A stretch of 63,981 nt of DNA, filler included, from Chiloscyllium plagiosum (taxonomy: Eukaryota): assembly GCF_004010195.1 (NCBI RefSeq). It is 4 parts of one record of this genome, joined end to end, with 100 filler letters (N's around TTAATTAATTAA, not from the genome) between each part and the next. Parts side by side here need not be neighbours in the genome. Positions count along the whole stretch, not along the records: positions 11,072 to 37,041 come from NC_057711.1; positions 37,142 to 60,194 come from NC_057711.1; 2 more parts are not named here. One strand, 5' to 3'. Positions 25,526 through 38,079 of the stretch are shown here, in pieces (position 1 is the stretch's first letter; each line of letters starts with the position of its first letter). Below the pieces are notes generated by a model that ran no database searches, was not told the origin of the DNA, and worked only from the letters and a program-made list of their open reading frames with translations. A program made the position numbers and the translations under genes.

Positions 25526-26274
25526 GGCGAAAGTGAGGACTGCAGATGCTGGAGATCAGAGTCAAGATTAGAGCAGTGCTGGAAAAGTACAGCAGGTCAG
25601 GCAGCATCCGAGGAGCAGGAGAATCGACATTTCAGGCAGGAGCCCTTCATCAGGAATGAGGCAGGGAGCATCCGGGATGGAGAGATAAATGGGAGGAGGG
25701 TAAGGCTGGGGAGAAGATAGCTAAAATCGATAGGTGGATGGAGGTGGGGATATAGGTCATAGGTCGGAGATGAGGGTGGAGCGGATAGGCGGGAAGGAAG
25801 ATTGGCAGGTAGGACAGGTCAGGAAGATGGTGCTGACTGGAAGGTTGGAACTGGAGTAAAGTGGGAGGGAAGGGAAATAAGGAAACTGGTGAAGTCTACG
25901 TTGATGCATTGGGGTTGAAGTGTTCCGAGGCAGAAGATGAGGCGTTCTTCCTCCAGGCGTCAGGTGGTGAGGGAGTGGCTCTGGAGGAGGCCCAGGACCG
26001 TCATTTCTTCAGCAGCGTGGGGGGGGGGAGTTGAAATATTCGGCCAAGGGGCGGTGGGGTTGATTGGTGAGGGTGTCCCGGAGATATTCCCTGAAGCGCT
26101 ACCTGCTTAGCTACCTTCTCCCCAGCCTCAACCCCCTCCTATTTATCTCTCCACCCCAAAGACTCCCAGCCTCATTCCTGATGAAGGGCCACTGCCCAAA
26201 ACGTTGATTTGCCTGCTCCTCAGATGCTGCCTGAACTGTTGTGCTTTTTCAGCATCACTCTAACCTTGACTTGT
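25526..26274 (-). mobile_element. Penelope-like element (family 1): GIY-YIG C-terminus plus pLTR, with inverted 5' pLTR copy
   Basis: Minus strand FREYLRDTLTNQPHRPLAEYFNSP...RLEEERLIFCLGTLQP; 26100-26270 is an inverted copy of about 25560-25730; candidate TSD ATGGACAG (25518-25525, 26275-26282); hammerhead remnants on both arms. Confidence 0.9.
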
Positions 26275-27427
26275 ATGGACAGCCCCAAGTTCCCATGATC
26301 TCAAGTTGTTTAACAGACATTGTAATCTTTAGGCCTTAGGATCTTTCTCTGCATCCTATTAATTTGTGTTCCAATGTTCCTGGCCATACTCCTTTGGACA
26401 TGTTCCAGACTTGCTTATCTCTAAGGATTGCTTGAATTTTGTTATTCATTGTATTCCATGTGCCAAATCTATCAAATTCTGTTACTCCTCATATTTTCCC
26501 ACTATCCCAATTATACATAAACATAAAAAAGACATTTGGTTCTGACTATAATATTAATTTGTGTTATAAAGGTGGCTGTATGTAAAGTTGCAAGCACTTT
26601 TTTTAGTGATAAAGAAAAATGTTTCCTGAAACTAATTAACTTCACATCTATGTTTGAATGTTTTCCTCTAACACTTCTATTATATTTTGGGTATATCTGT
26701 GTATCCATAATTTTGTTGAAATCTATTTCTGTGATTTTTTGAAGAATCTTTAGCTGGAACCTATTTCTTAATATTGTGAATAACTTCAAAGAAACAACTG
26801 ATTTTTATAAAATAGCTTTAGCTTTTGTTTTCACCAATGCACGATGAGTTAGGCTGACTGACTGATGGATTGAGATTTATTGTCTTTATTCTGATTGATT
26901 CTTTTCACCTAATGGGACAACATCCTTTCATTAATGAGGCTGGAGTCAGTCACTTGTCATAGTTTAATGAACTTGTGTCTATTCTTAGACATCCTCTCTC
27001 GAATTGTCTCTGATGCCTGTTTGTGCATGACTCCCCCCTTTGACCTTGGAGTAGCCCCTGTTCAAAGGTACCATTGTGTTTCACTTAAATGTTGGAGTAA
27101 ATGTTTAATTCTATTTTAATCACTTATCCACCATTTTGTGTCTATACGCTGGAGTAGGCTTTTAAATTCTGTTTATGCCATGCTGGCCATTTTGTGACTT
27201 TCAAATATGGGCAGCCCTGACACTCATGTTTCCATTTTTTTGTTACTACTTTTTTTTCCAGTGCAATCATAAATTTCTGAGAATGAATACCCCTTCTCAC
27301 CTTGTTGTAGTCATCTCCACACTGCCTTGAAGCTTCATATTTATATTTCTCCTACTCACCATTAATATGCTTCCCATTAGCAACGCAAACACAGGGATAC
27401 TGCAAGTACCCCAGTAGCTTAGAGTGA

Positions 27428-27828
27428 TAGGGTTAAGGTTAGTGTTAGGGTCAAGGTTAGCGCTAGGGTTTGGGTTAGGGCAAGGGTTAGGGCTAGGCCT
27501 AGGGTTAGGGTTAGGTTTTGGATTAGGGTTAATGTTAGGACTAGGGTTATGGCTATGGTTAGCATTAGGGCTTAGGGTTAGGCTTAGGGTTAGGATTCCT
27601 GATAGGGTTAGTGTTAGGGTTATGGTTATGGCTCAGGTTAGGGTTAGGGTTTGTATTAGTGCTAGGTTTAGCGTTATTGTGAAGATCAGGGTGAGGGTAA
27701 GTGTTCGAGTTAGTGTTAGGTTTAGAGGTGATGTTTGGGTTAGGGTTAATCTTAGGGTAATATTTAGTGTTAGGGTGAGGATTTGGATTACAATTATGGT
27801 TAGGTTTGTGGTTAGGTTTAGGATTATG
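27428..27828 (+). repeat. Degenerate interstitial telomeric repeat (TTAGGG)n
   Basis: About 400 bp of 6-bp periodic ttaggg/ctaggg/ttagtg/ttatgg units. Confidence 0.9.
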
Positions 27829-28149
27829 ACAAAATGAATGAAGAACCTAGAGATGCGGCCTGCCCCTATCCATGAACTCGGTGAACTTGTGAAGCACTAC
27901 ATTCTTACTTTTATTTTCAATTCCTTTCCTAACAAAGGACGTTATCCGGTAATTCTTTCTGATTGCATGCTGTGTCTGCATACTGACTATTTGTGATTTG
28001 TGTGCTAAAATCCTAAATCCCTCTGCACCTCAGAATTCTGTAATCATTCTCCAATTATATACTGCTGTATCTTTTTTCATTCTTTCTGTCAAAGGGAACA
28101 ACTTCACATTTTGTGGACATAAATATTGTTTATATTTTGGTGCACAAAT

Positions 28150-29612
28150 ATTGTTGCTGTACATATTGTCAATGTAGAGGAGATGTTTTCAGCTCTCGAC
28201 TTACCAAACTCACATTTCCTGTTTACCATTGTAAAGGAGATGGTGCCTTTTGTTTATAAGGCTGCCACATACCATAGAATTGTAGAATCCCTACCATCCA
28301 GGTAGAGGCTATTTGGCCCATTGAGTCTGCTCCTACCTACCGAAGAACATACCACTCAAACCCATCTCATACTACTGTAACCCTGCATTCCCCATGCTAA
28401 CCCACCCAGCCTGCACATCCCTGGACACTATGGGGCAATTTAGCATTGTCAATCCACCTAACCTGCACATTGTTGGATTGTGGGGGGTTTCTGGAGCACT
28501 CGGAGGAAACCCGAGTGGGGAGAATGTTCAAACTTCACATAGACAGTCAACCAAGGCTTGACTTGAATCTGGGTCCCTGTAGCTGCGAGGTAGTAATGTT
28601 AATTACCATCAGTCTACCAGAGAAGACTCAAAGTTGATTTTGCTGCTGTTCACGTGAATATTCCCTTTCTGTTGCTGTAGGTGAGCTTACTTGTCAGGCG
28701 CACATCAGGAATGCTGGCATTTACCTTTCCTATCAGCTCTGAGCTCTTCAGCAGAATGTAGATGCTGGGCTGGCTGTTCCGATTCTCAATATGAGGGATT
28801 GTGTCTTGCTGCCTGATTGAGAATAGCCTCCACAAACAGTGGCTGTCTTATTTGAATACCTGTAGTAAATTGTTTACTTCTCATGAGCATACAATAGTGT
28901 GGGAAGGGCAACTGCCTGTGTGCCTTTCATTTTCATTTTCCATTTCTCTACCAGACATGATGAGACAAATAGATACATGACTTCAGCTTTTCAGGTGTGG
29001 ATAAGTTCCCATGTTCGATAAGAAATGGTCCTGTCATTTTGCATTCCTTGCTTCTGAGCAGACCTTGAGGTTTCAATCATCAGTAATGCAATAAGTCTCA
29101 AACTGCAGCTTCATCAACTTTGGTTTTTGATTGGCTTCTCCTCAAATCAAAGGTTTTGCTGACTGTAAAATATTTAATACAGATGCCACTTTCACCAACA
29201 CTAAATGCTTCAGAAAGCAGGGTGGATGCCAATGCACAACCAGGTGACTGGAGCAGAAGATCAGGCATCAGAAGAGTCATAAGGACACAAGCAAGGAAAT
29301 CATCATACAATAGACATATCATAGTAATGAAATTTTCTGAACAATCCAAATTTTGTCACAATCTTTCACAGATCCTCTTGAATACTTGTACCAAATGCTT
29401 TGGTAAGATCAGTAGTTGTTTCCGAGTTGCAGTTCTGATGTGCAGCAAAAATGAGGTTGACTGTATCACAACCTTCACTGAAGTAGCAGTAACTCTTTGT
29501 TGTGAAGTCCTGTTCAAACGGTTTAGCAACTTTATGCAGGAGGGAGATTTCTCATGGTTACTGCAAGCTGAATGATTTCCCCACCCTTCACAAAGGTGGA
29601 CAAATGATGCAT
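28150..29612 (-). mobile_element. RTE-clade LINE RT and C-terminal region, decayed, HE1 inserted
   Basis: DASFVHL (DASIIHLYK), DCSENFITMICLLYDD (GCPEKFISMIRLLHDD), GCALASTL (QGCVLAPTL), GICIKY..KTFDLRRSQSKTKV, IRQQDTIPH...IPDVRLTSKLTY. Confidence 0.85.
28275..28610 (-). mobile_element. Older HE1-type V-SINE
   Basis: ggggcaatttagcattgtcaatccacctaacctgcacat...ggagcactcggaggaaacc. Confidence 0.85.
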
Positions 29613-29616
29613 CATT

Positions 29617-30730
29617 GTCTGTATGGTAGACTAATTAGTAAAGTTAGATCACACAGGATTCGGGGTGAGCTTGCGAATTGGTTACATAATTGGCTTAATG
29701 GCAGGAGACAGAGAGTGGTGGTGGAGGGTTGCTTTTCGGAATGGAGGCCTATCACCAGCAGTGTTCCACGGGGATAAGTTCTGGGTTCTCTTTTGTTTGT
29801 CATTTATGTAAATGACTTGGATGAGAATACAGGAGGCCTGGTTAGTACGTTTGTGGATGACACCAAAATTGGTGGCATGATACACAGTAAGATTATAAAG
29901 GGGTCTTGATCAAATGGGTCAATGGGCTGAAAAATGGTAGACGGAGTTCAATCTGGATAAATGTGAACTATTACATTTTGATACAACAAACAAGGTAGGG
30001 CTTATACAATTAATGATAAGGGCCTTGGATAGTTGTAGAACAGAGGGACCTAGGGGGTCAGGTACATAATTCTTTGACGTTTGCTTCACATACAGACAGG
30101 GTGTTTAAAAAGGCATTTTGAATGCTTGCCTTCATTGCTCTGTCCTTTGAGTATAGGAGTTGGAAAGTCATGTTGAAGTTGTACAGGACATTGGTGAGGC
30201 CTCTATTGTTTCAGTTCCGGTCTCCCAGTTATAGGAAGGATATCGTTAAGCTGGAGAAGGTTCAGAAGAGATTTACCAGGATGTTGCCAGGTATAGAAGG
30301 TTTGAGTTATGTAGAAAGGCGGGATAGGCTGGGAATTCTTTTCACTGGAGTGTAGGAGGTTGAGAGGTGACCTTATAGAAGTTTTAAAAATAATAAGGGG
30401 TATAGATAGAGTTATTGGTAGTTGTCCTTTGCCTAAGATGGGGAAATTTCAAGATGTGGGAGCACATTTCTAGGGTGAGTGGAGAGAGATGCTAAGAAAA
30501 ACATGAGGAGCAAATGTTTTACACAGAAGGTGGTTCACGTGTGAAATGAACTTCCTGAGGAAGTGGTGAATGTAGTTACATGTACAACATTTACAAGAAA
30601 TTTGGATAATTACAGGAAAGGTTTGGAGAGATATGGGCCAGAAATAAGCAGGTGGGATTAGTTTAGTTTGGAATTGTGTTCAGCATAGACTGGTTGGAAC
30701 GAAGGGTCTGTTTCCATGCTGTATGACCCT
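29617..30730 (+). mobile_element. CR1 LINE ORF2 3' part
   Basis: RLISKVRSHRIRGELANWL...SSVPRG; FVDDTKIGG; KLYRTLVRPL. Confidence 0.95.
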
Positions 30731-30789
30731 TTAATGTTATGAATGGATTCTTGGTTATGCATAATCTTAAGTAATTTAGTGAGGTTTTT

Positions 30790-31130
30790 ATTCATTCATT
30801 TGTTGTAGATGTTGCGAGAAAGACTAGCATTTATAGTCTATCCCTAATTGCTCTTGAATTAATTCATGTCAGAGGACAGTTAAGGGTTAATTACATTATT
30901 ATGGTTCCTGAGTTACAAAAGGACAGATTGCCTTCCCTGAAGTGCATGAGGTGAATTTTTATGACAATTAATTGTTACCATCCCTGAGACTCACTTTCAA
31001 TTCCAGGGCTGTTTAATTGAATTTAAATTTCACCATCTGCTGTGATGGGATTTGAAGCCACATTGTCAGAACTCTAATCTGAGCAGCTGGATTGCTGGTC
31101 CAGAGAAATAACTAACATGCCACCATCTCC
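30790..31130 (-). mobile_element. tRNA-derived SINE (second family)
   Basis: Same core as 46225-46600; ends ccaccatctcccc. Confidence 0.75.
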
Positions 31131-31245
31131 CCTTGTGTTGTGGCTCCAGTTTTGTATCTGATCTTGGTGTTGTGTTGCGCGGTAAGAGATCTAATGCTTT
31201 CATAATCTTCACTTTGGCAGTGTCAGCAAGTGACATATTGATATT
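31130..31245 (-). mobile_element. RTE LINE fragment (pre-RT)
   Basis: INMSLADTAKVKIMKALDLLPRNTTPRSD resembles NxSLDxxPTxxEVxKAIxxLSSGKAPGSD. Confidence 0.6.
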
Positions 31246-31249
31246 TAAA

Positions 31250-32412
31250 AGACAATGGACAATAGACAATAGGTGCAGGAGTAGGCCATTCTGCCCTTCG
31301 AGCCTGCACCACCATTCAATATGATCATGGCTGATCATCCTTAATCAGTATCCTGTTCCTGCCTTATCTCCATAACCCTTGATTCCACAATCCTTGAGAG
31401 CTCTATCCAACTCTTTCTTAAATGAATCCAGAGACTGGGCCTCCACTGCCCTCTGGGGCAGAGCATTCCACACAATCACCACTCTCTGGGTGAAGACGTT
31501 TCTCCTCACCTATGTCCTAAATGGTCTACCCCGTATTTTTAAGCTGTGTCCTCTGGTTCGGCACTCACACATCAGCGGAAACATGTTTCCTGCCTCCAGA
31601 GTGTCCAATCCTTTCATAATCTTATATGTCTCAATCAGATCCCCTCTCAGTCTTCTAAACTCAAGGGTATACAAGCCCAGTCGCTCCAGTCTTTCAGTGT
31701 AAGGTAATCCCGCCATTCCAGGAATTGACCTCGTGAACTTACGCTGCACTCCCTCAATAGCCAGAATGACTTTTCTCAAATTTGGAGACCAGAACTGCAC
31801 ACAGTACTCCAGGTGTGGTCTCACCAGGGCCCTGTACAGCTGCAGAAGAACCTCTTTGCTTCTATACTCAATCCCTCTTGTTATGAAGGCCAGCATGCTA
31901 TTAGCCTTCTTCACTACCGGCTGTACCTGCATGCTTACCTTCATTGACTGGTGTACAAGAACACCCAGATCTCTCTGTACTGCCGCTTTACCTAAATTGA
32001 TTCCACCTAGGTAGTAATCTGCCTTCCTGTTCTTGCCACCAAAGTGGATAACCATACATTTATCCATATTAAACTGCATCTACCATGCATCTAACCACTC
32101 ACCTAATTTGTCCAGGTCACCATATAATCTCCTAACATCCTCATCACATTTCACCCTGCCACCCAGCTTAGTATCATCAGCAAATTTGCTAATGTTATTG
32201 CTAATGCCATCTTCTATATCATTAATATATATTGTAAAAAGCTGCCGACCCAGTACTGATCCCTGTGGTACCCCACTGGTCACTGCCTGCCATTCCGAAA
32301 TGGAGCCGTTTATCACTACCCTTTGTTTCCTATCAGCCAACCAACTTTCAATACAAGTTAGTACTTTGCGCCCAATACCATGCACCCTAATTTTGCTCAC
32401 TAACCTCCTATG
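31250..32412 (-). mobile_element. Young CR1 LINE (distinct subfamily) RT and 3' end
   Basis: ORFs 32080-32457 (VTSGVPQGSVLG...KFADDTKLGG) and 31510-32079 (LYRALVRPHLEYCVQFWSP) separated by one stop; (ctattgt)n-type tail. Confidence 0.97.
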
Positions 32413-32549
32413 TGGACAGATGCACAGATGGAAAAGGTTTAGAGGGATATGAGCCAAATGCAGACAAATGGGTTTAGTTCAGTTTACGAAACCTGGTCGG
32501 CATGGACGGGTTGGGCCGAAGGGCCTGTATTCCTCGATGACTGTGTGAC

Positions 32550-32745
32550 TTCAACTTGGGACACATTGACAATGGCCTTATTGTTACTCAAGGCCAGTTC
32601 TGAATACTGTTAAAGTGTTCCGCCCATCTCTCTGCAGTTTTGGTCTTGTCTGTAATTAGAGTGGCTCTGCACTGAAGAGAGGTGAATCTCTGGAACCCTG
32701 TAGATTGATGTTAGAGCATTCTTGCAGTGTGTAATGACTCATCCA
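32550..32745 (-). mobile_element. RTE LINE fragment (EN-RT linker)
   Basis: SPLFSA...LITDKTKTAERWAEHFNSIQN matches the RTE motif SPLLSADGxTLITDKxxILERWAEHFNSVLN. Confidence 0.8.
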
Positions 32746-33176
32746 CTTTATTTCTCTCTCTTTCTCCGTAGGTGCTGCCAGACCTGCTGAGCTTCCCCAG
32801 CACTCTCTGATTTTGTTGCAAATGTTAAGCACCTGTGTATTTTGCTTTTACTGAAGTGAAAGGCTTAGATTTTCACAAGGCCAGATAATCCTTTATGAAG
32901 TGTGGATAAGAGTTGAGTTTCGGGTCCTTTTGAATTTGCATTATAGCAGATTCTGAACAAATTGCTAGGAAAAAGAAAATTCAGCTGAGCAATTCCCCTA
33001 CATTTGCGACCTTCTGCAAAGTATCCATATACCCTGGAGAATTCAGTGCGTTCCACTGCAGTCAAGAAAATAGTTCCTCAGGAAAGGTTAAAATATTAAA
33101 AACAATGCACAACACTTGAGCAACTATTCAACTTGCCATCAATTTTCCACACTCATCCCCAGTTACACCTCCCTTA

Positions 33177-33356
33177 GGATGGCACAGTGGCTTAGTGGTC
33201 AGCACTGCTACCTCACAGCGCCACTGTGACTCCACCCTTGGGAGACTGTCTCTGTGGAGTTTGCACATTGTCCATGGGTGCATGGGTTTTCTCTGGGTGA
33301 TCAGTGGCATAGACTTGGTGGGCTGAATGGCCTGCTTCCACACTGTAGGGATTCTC
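33177..33356 (+). mobile_element. HE1-type V-SINE with internal deletions
   Basis: ggatggcacagtggcttagtggtcagcactgctacctcacagcgcc head and V-domain. Confidence 0.85.
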
Positions 33357-34267
33357 AGATTCCCAGACATCTCAGGTCCCCTGGGGTCTGACACCTCCAC
33401 CTCCCCAACCAGAACTGATATCACTCCCTTTGTGCCTAAGACCTGACCACTTTCCGTTCATCACACTAATTCCTTCCTTTGTCACTGAACACAACAACCT
33501 CTGCCCTCACTCCAGACTTGGAACACCACCCTCCTGGGTTCCAACAGCCTCCCTCCAGCCCAAACTCAACCCTCCGTGAGAATGCCACTCTGCAAAAACT
33601 CCTGCTCATGAGTTTATGATTAATCTAATGATCCTTCCACACAGGCTCCCTGTTATCCTGCCTGAGCACAATTTGGGTAATAATATTCAGTTCTCGGAGG
33701 TTTTACATTGTTTGAAGTAATACTTGTGGATTTTGTGCTAACCAGTTTTTAAACAATTCAGTTTGAGTTTCTGCTGGTGAGACAATTAATAGTTAATGTT
33801 GTCAGCGTGTGGGAAAGAACTCTTGATGAGCTTAATGTATTTAAAGATGCCAAGAAGTCTGGGTAAGTGTAATTCCACATTGTGCAATTTAAGGTTTCTT
33901 TGGCAGCTTCAAAGAAATAAGCTGAAGTTTTGAACCCAATGCTTGAACTTGGTGTGCTACCTTTTCCTTAAGACGAAACACACATTTTAAGTAGGTTTTA
34001 GCTTATTAATTCCTTTGGTCTATTGATCGTCTATAAGAATATAAGAACTAAGTCAAACAAAGGAAATCCAGTTGAATTTCCAAAAGCTCTTTGATATGGT
34101 GCCATAGAGGAGGTTGTTAAATAAGAAAAGTGCCCATCGGGAAAGCTACTGGCATGGATAGAAGATTGGCTGACTGGCAGAGACAGATGAGGGATAAAGG
34201 GGTCTTTTTTTAGGATAGCAGCCAGTGGCAAGTGGAATTCCGCAGTTGTCAGTGTTGAGATCAGAAC

Positions 34268-34713
34268 ACCGCCAAACCACAACAACCCGACGGTCGGAGG
34301 AGGAGCGTCTTATCTTCCGACTGGGAACCCTCCAACCGCAGGGGATGAACTTGGACTTCACCAGTTTCTTCATCCCCCCTCCCCCTACCTTGTCTCAGCC
34401 GGATCCCTCCAGCCCGGCACCGCCTTCCTGACCTGCAGTCTTCTTCTTGACCTCTCCGCCTCCATCCTACTCCGACCTATCACCCTCACCTTGACCTCTT
34501 TCCACCTATCACATTTCCAACGCCCCTCCTCCAAGTCCCTCCTCCCTACCTTTTATCTTCTCCTGCTGAACACTCTCTGCTCATTCCTGAAGAAGGGCCT
34601 GTGCCCGAAACGTCGAATCTCCTGTTCCCTGGATGCTGCCTGACCTGCTGTGCTGTTCCAGCAATAAAGTTTCAACTTTGATCTCCAGCATCTGCAGACC
34701 TCACTTTCTCCTC
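34268..34713 (+). mobile_element. Penelope-like element 3' end (family 1), young
   Basis: HRQTTTTRRSEEERLIFRLGTLQPQGMNLDF (GIY-YIG C-terminus), pyrimidine tract, hammerhead, AATAAA, tail; TSD ATCAGAAC at 34260-34267 and 34714-34721. Confidence 0.92.
34583..34618 (+). ncRNA. Minimal type I hammerhead ribozyme motif, intact
   Basis: ATTC-CTGAAGA-A-GGGC-ctgt-GCCC-GAAA-C-GTC-GAAT: stem I ATTC/GAAT; predicted cleavage after 34614. Confidence 0.85.
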
Positions 34714-35897
34714 ATCAGAACTATTCCCATTATAAATTCACAATCTGGACAAAGGACCTCAGGGTGTTGTTGGTAAGGTTACAGATGACACAAAGATAGG
34801 TAAGGGACAGGTAGTGTTGAGAAAGCAGGAAGGCTGCAGAAGGATTTGGACTGGCTAAGACAATGGGCAAAGAAGTGGCAGATGGAATACAATGTGCAAG
34901 TGTGAGGTCATGCACTTTAATAGGAAGTACAGAGGCATAGACTGTTTTCAGAAAGCTGAAGCTCAAAGGGTCTTGGGAGTCCTAGTTCAGATTACTCTGA
35001 AGGTCAACATGCAGAACCCAAAGATACAGACCCAGAGTGAAGGGATGACCTGATAGAATGAAGGTGAGGAGGAATTTCTTCAGCTAGAGGGTAGTTATCA
35101 TTGCCACTGAAGGCTGAGGAGGCCAAGTCATTGAGTGTATTCAAGACAAAGACAGATAAGTTCTTAATTTGTAAGGAGATCAAGAAATATGGGTAAATGG
35201 CAGGAGAATGGGGTTGAAAAACATGTCAACCATGATCGAATGGTGGAGCACACCCAATGGCTGAATAGCCGAATTCTGCTTTTATATCTCATGGTCAAAA
35301 AACAGTGGTAAACAACTCAGCCACTTGAGCCTGCTCCATCACTTAATCCAAATGACTGATCTCATCTTAGCCTCAACTCTGTTTCCCTGCCTTTTCTTCA
35401 CAATGTTTCAACCAATTACCCATTAAAAAAATCTGTCTATCTTCTCTTACATATTAGTGATGTTCACAGGTTCACAACTCTTCGACAGAAATTATTTCTC
35501 CTCTTCACTCTGTTTTAATTCTGTTCCCCCTCATCCTAAAACCATAACCTCTCATTCTGAACTGTCTCACATGAGGAAACAACCTCTCCATGTCTAAATA
35601 TATATGCAGCACACCAGTTTCTATTTTAAAATGACATGTTCTCTTGACATTCTGTCAGGACATTATTGCTAATTTCTGTTTGTGATTGCCTTTGCATCCA
35701 CGGAAACAGGTCACATGTCTATGTGAGTTGTTTGCAAGGTCTTAAATCATTTCTGCCCCTGAAATCTGAAGCAAAGAAAATGTTGTCATTTGTTCAGAAG
35801 AGAAAGTAACATCTATGTCCAAAGAAAGTAAGCTATCTTTTTCAGTCTATGATCCAAATTAGGTAATCCAAGATGGAGGATGGGAAAAATTTCTGGC

Positions 35898-36130
35898 TGT
35901 AAGAGCTGCTCCTTTTTTGAGGTATTTTAGGTGCTGGAGGTGATTTCCTCGAATTCCAGGAGCAGCAATTACTGTTTCATATGTTGTTGCATTGTTTTGG
36001 AACTTTGGGAAAAAAAAGTCAAAACAACAGCAGTTTTAAAAGGGAGAAGAACAGACAAAGGAAGCATATGGTGAGGACAGTGCAGGAGAGAGAGAGAGAG
36101 AGAACCTGCACAGTTACTGCCTTTGCTGTT
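35898..36130 (+). mobile_element. Probable LTR 5' fragment
   Basis: Starts TGTAA, shares ccttttttgagg with the element at 20660-21098, contains (AG)n. Confidence 0.35.
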
Positions 36131-36132
36131 TT

Positions 36133-37630
36133 GGGGGTGGGTGGGACCCAGGGAGATAGTGGGGTGGGTGGGACCCAGGGAGATAGTGAGGAAAGAGATC
36201 AATCTAAGACTGGTACAGTTGAGAACAGAAGCAAGTCAGGGCAGGTAGGAACAACGTAGGACAAATAAATTAAACTGCATTAATTTCAATGCAAGGGGCC
36301 TGACAGGGAAGGCAGATGAACTCAGGGCATGGTTAGGAACATGGGACTGGGATATCATAGCAATTACAGAAACATGGCTCAGGGACGGGCAGGACTGACA
36401 GCTTAATGTTCCAGGATACAAATACTACAGGAAGGATAGAAAGTGAGGCAGGCGAGGAGGGGGAGTGGCATTTTTGGTAAGGGATAGCATTACAGCTGTG
36501 CTGAGGGAGGATATTCCCGGAAATACATCCAGGGAAGTTATTTGGGTGGAACTGAGAAATAAGAAAGGGATGATCACCTTATTGGGATTGTAATATACTG
36601 ATGGAAGAGGATTGACCTGATCTAAAAGTTGAAGTTCTAAATTGGAGGAAGGTCAGTTTTGACTGTATTAGGCAAGAACTTTCAAAACTTGATTTGGGGG
36701 CAGATGTTCGTAGGCAAAGGGACGGCTGGAAAAATGGAAGCCTTCAGAAGTGAGATAACGAGAGTCCAGAGACAGTATATTCCTGTCAGGGTGAAAGGAA
36801 AGGCTGGTAGGTATAGGGAATGCTGAATGATTAAACAAATTGATGTTTTGGTTAAGAAAAAAATGGAAGCATATGTCAGGTATAGACAGGAGAGATTGAG
36901 TCAATCCTTAAAGGAGTATTAAACCAGTAGGAGTGTACTTAAGAGGGAAATCAGGAGGGCAAAAAGGGGACATGAGGTAGCTTTGGCAAATAAGGTTAAG
37001 GAGAATCCAAAGGGATTTTATAAATATATTAAGGACAAAAGNNNNNNNNNNNNNNNNNNNNNNNNNNNNNNNNNNNNNNNNNNNNTTAATTAATTAANNN
37101 NNNNNNNNNNNNNNNNNNNNNNNNNNNNNNNNNNNNNNNNNGTTCAGAAAATATTTACAAGGATGCTGCCAGGGTTGGAGGATTTGAGCTACAGGGAGAG
37201 GCTGAACAGGCTGGGGCTGTTTTCCGTGGAGAATCGGAGGCGGCAGGCTGACCTTATAGAGATTTACAAAATTATGAGAGGCATGGATTGGGTAAATTGG
37301 CAAATTCTTTTCCCTGGTATCGGGGATCCAAGAACTAGACGGCATAGGTTTAGGGTGAGAGGGGAAAAATATAAAAGAGGCATAAGGGGCAACCTTTTCA
37401 TGCAGAGGGTGGTAGGTGTATGGAATGAGCTGCCAGAGGAAGTGGCGGAGGCTGGTACAATTGCAATAATTAATAGGCATTTGGATGGGTATATGAATAG
37501 GAAGGGTTTGGAGGGATATGGGCCGGGTGCTGGCATGTGGGATTAGATTGGGTTGGGATATCTGGTCAGCATGGACAGGTTGGACTGAAGGGTCTGTTTC
37601 CATTTTGTACATCTCTATAATTCTATGACA
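36133..37630 (+). mobile_element. CR1 LINE: ORF2 endonuclease start and 3' end, joined across a scaffold gap
   Basis: FNARGLTGKADELRAWLGTWDWDIIAITETWL...RGGGVA; after the gap LPGLEDLSYRERLNRLGLFS. Confidence 0.95.
37042..37141. other. Artificial scaffold linker N44-TTAATTAATTAA-N44
   Basis: Identical to the other two. Confidence 0.97.
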
Positions 37631-38079
37631 TGGGCAAAGAAGGTGAAGTAACCCTCGCTCATGGACAAAAGAAGTCACCTCGGTTGATTTCCTAGTAAGG
37701 GATTAGGAACACCTCAGAATTTGTGATAAGAGCTGGAAGCTCACAGCCTCCCTGGGTACAGTTTTACCATTGCCTTGGTGGTATCATTTTTCCGAAATAC
37801 ACTTCAACATTGCTTCAGAAACCAGAGTGAGATATTGGCAATGCTGTCAGCATTCAAGGAATCCTAGGGCCTTGAAGAATATGAAACCTTTGTACTGTCT
37901 TCACTGCTTTTTGTTAAACATAACTAATGCCTTACCTCAAAAATTCTCTTCATTCACAAATACAAGTTGTTCCAAACTTGTTAAGTCAAACGAACAGAGA
38001 ACTTCATTGTTACAAATTAAGAAATGGGAACTTAGAGATTTAAATCGATAAGGTTTAATAACCTCAAGCCCCTAAAACA

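Larger units (their letters stand above)
34080..35295 (+). mobile_element. Old CR1 LINE interrupted by a PLE
   Basis: FQKLFD..., SGIPQLSVL split by the insertion, then DDTKIG and the 3' UTR. Confidence 0.85.

Noticed and set aside
25180..26505. ERV-type solo LTR hosting the PLE at 25526
   Set aside because: A minus-strand AATAAA is present, but I could not define TG..CA ends or a TSD.
27424..27837. 137-aa GL/RV-rich ORF
   Set aside because: Translation of the degenerate TTAGGG tract.
29120..29575. 151-aa plus-strand ORF as a host gene
   Set aside because: Antisense to the RTE reverse transcriptase remnant.
37930..38015. Small minus-strand host exon ending GAG|GTAAGG
   Set aside because: No partner exons; the frame EVLCSFDLTSL looks more like a decayed PLE RT motif (VSFDVTSL), and neither reading is well supported.
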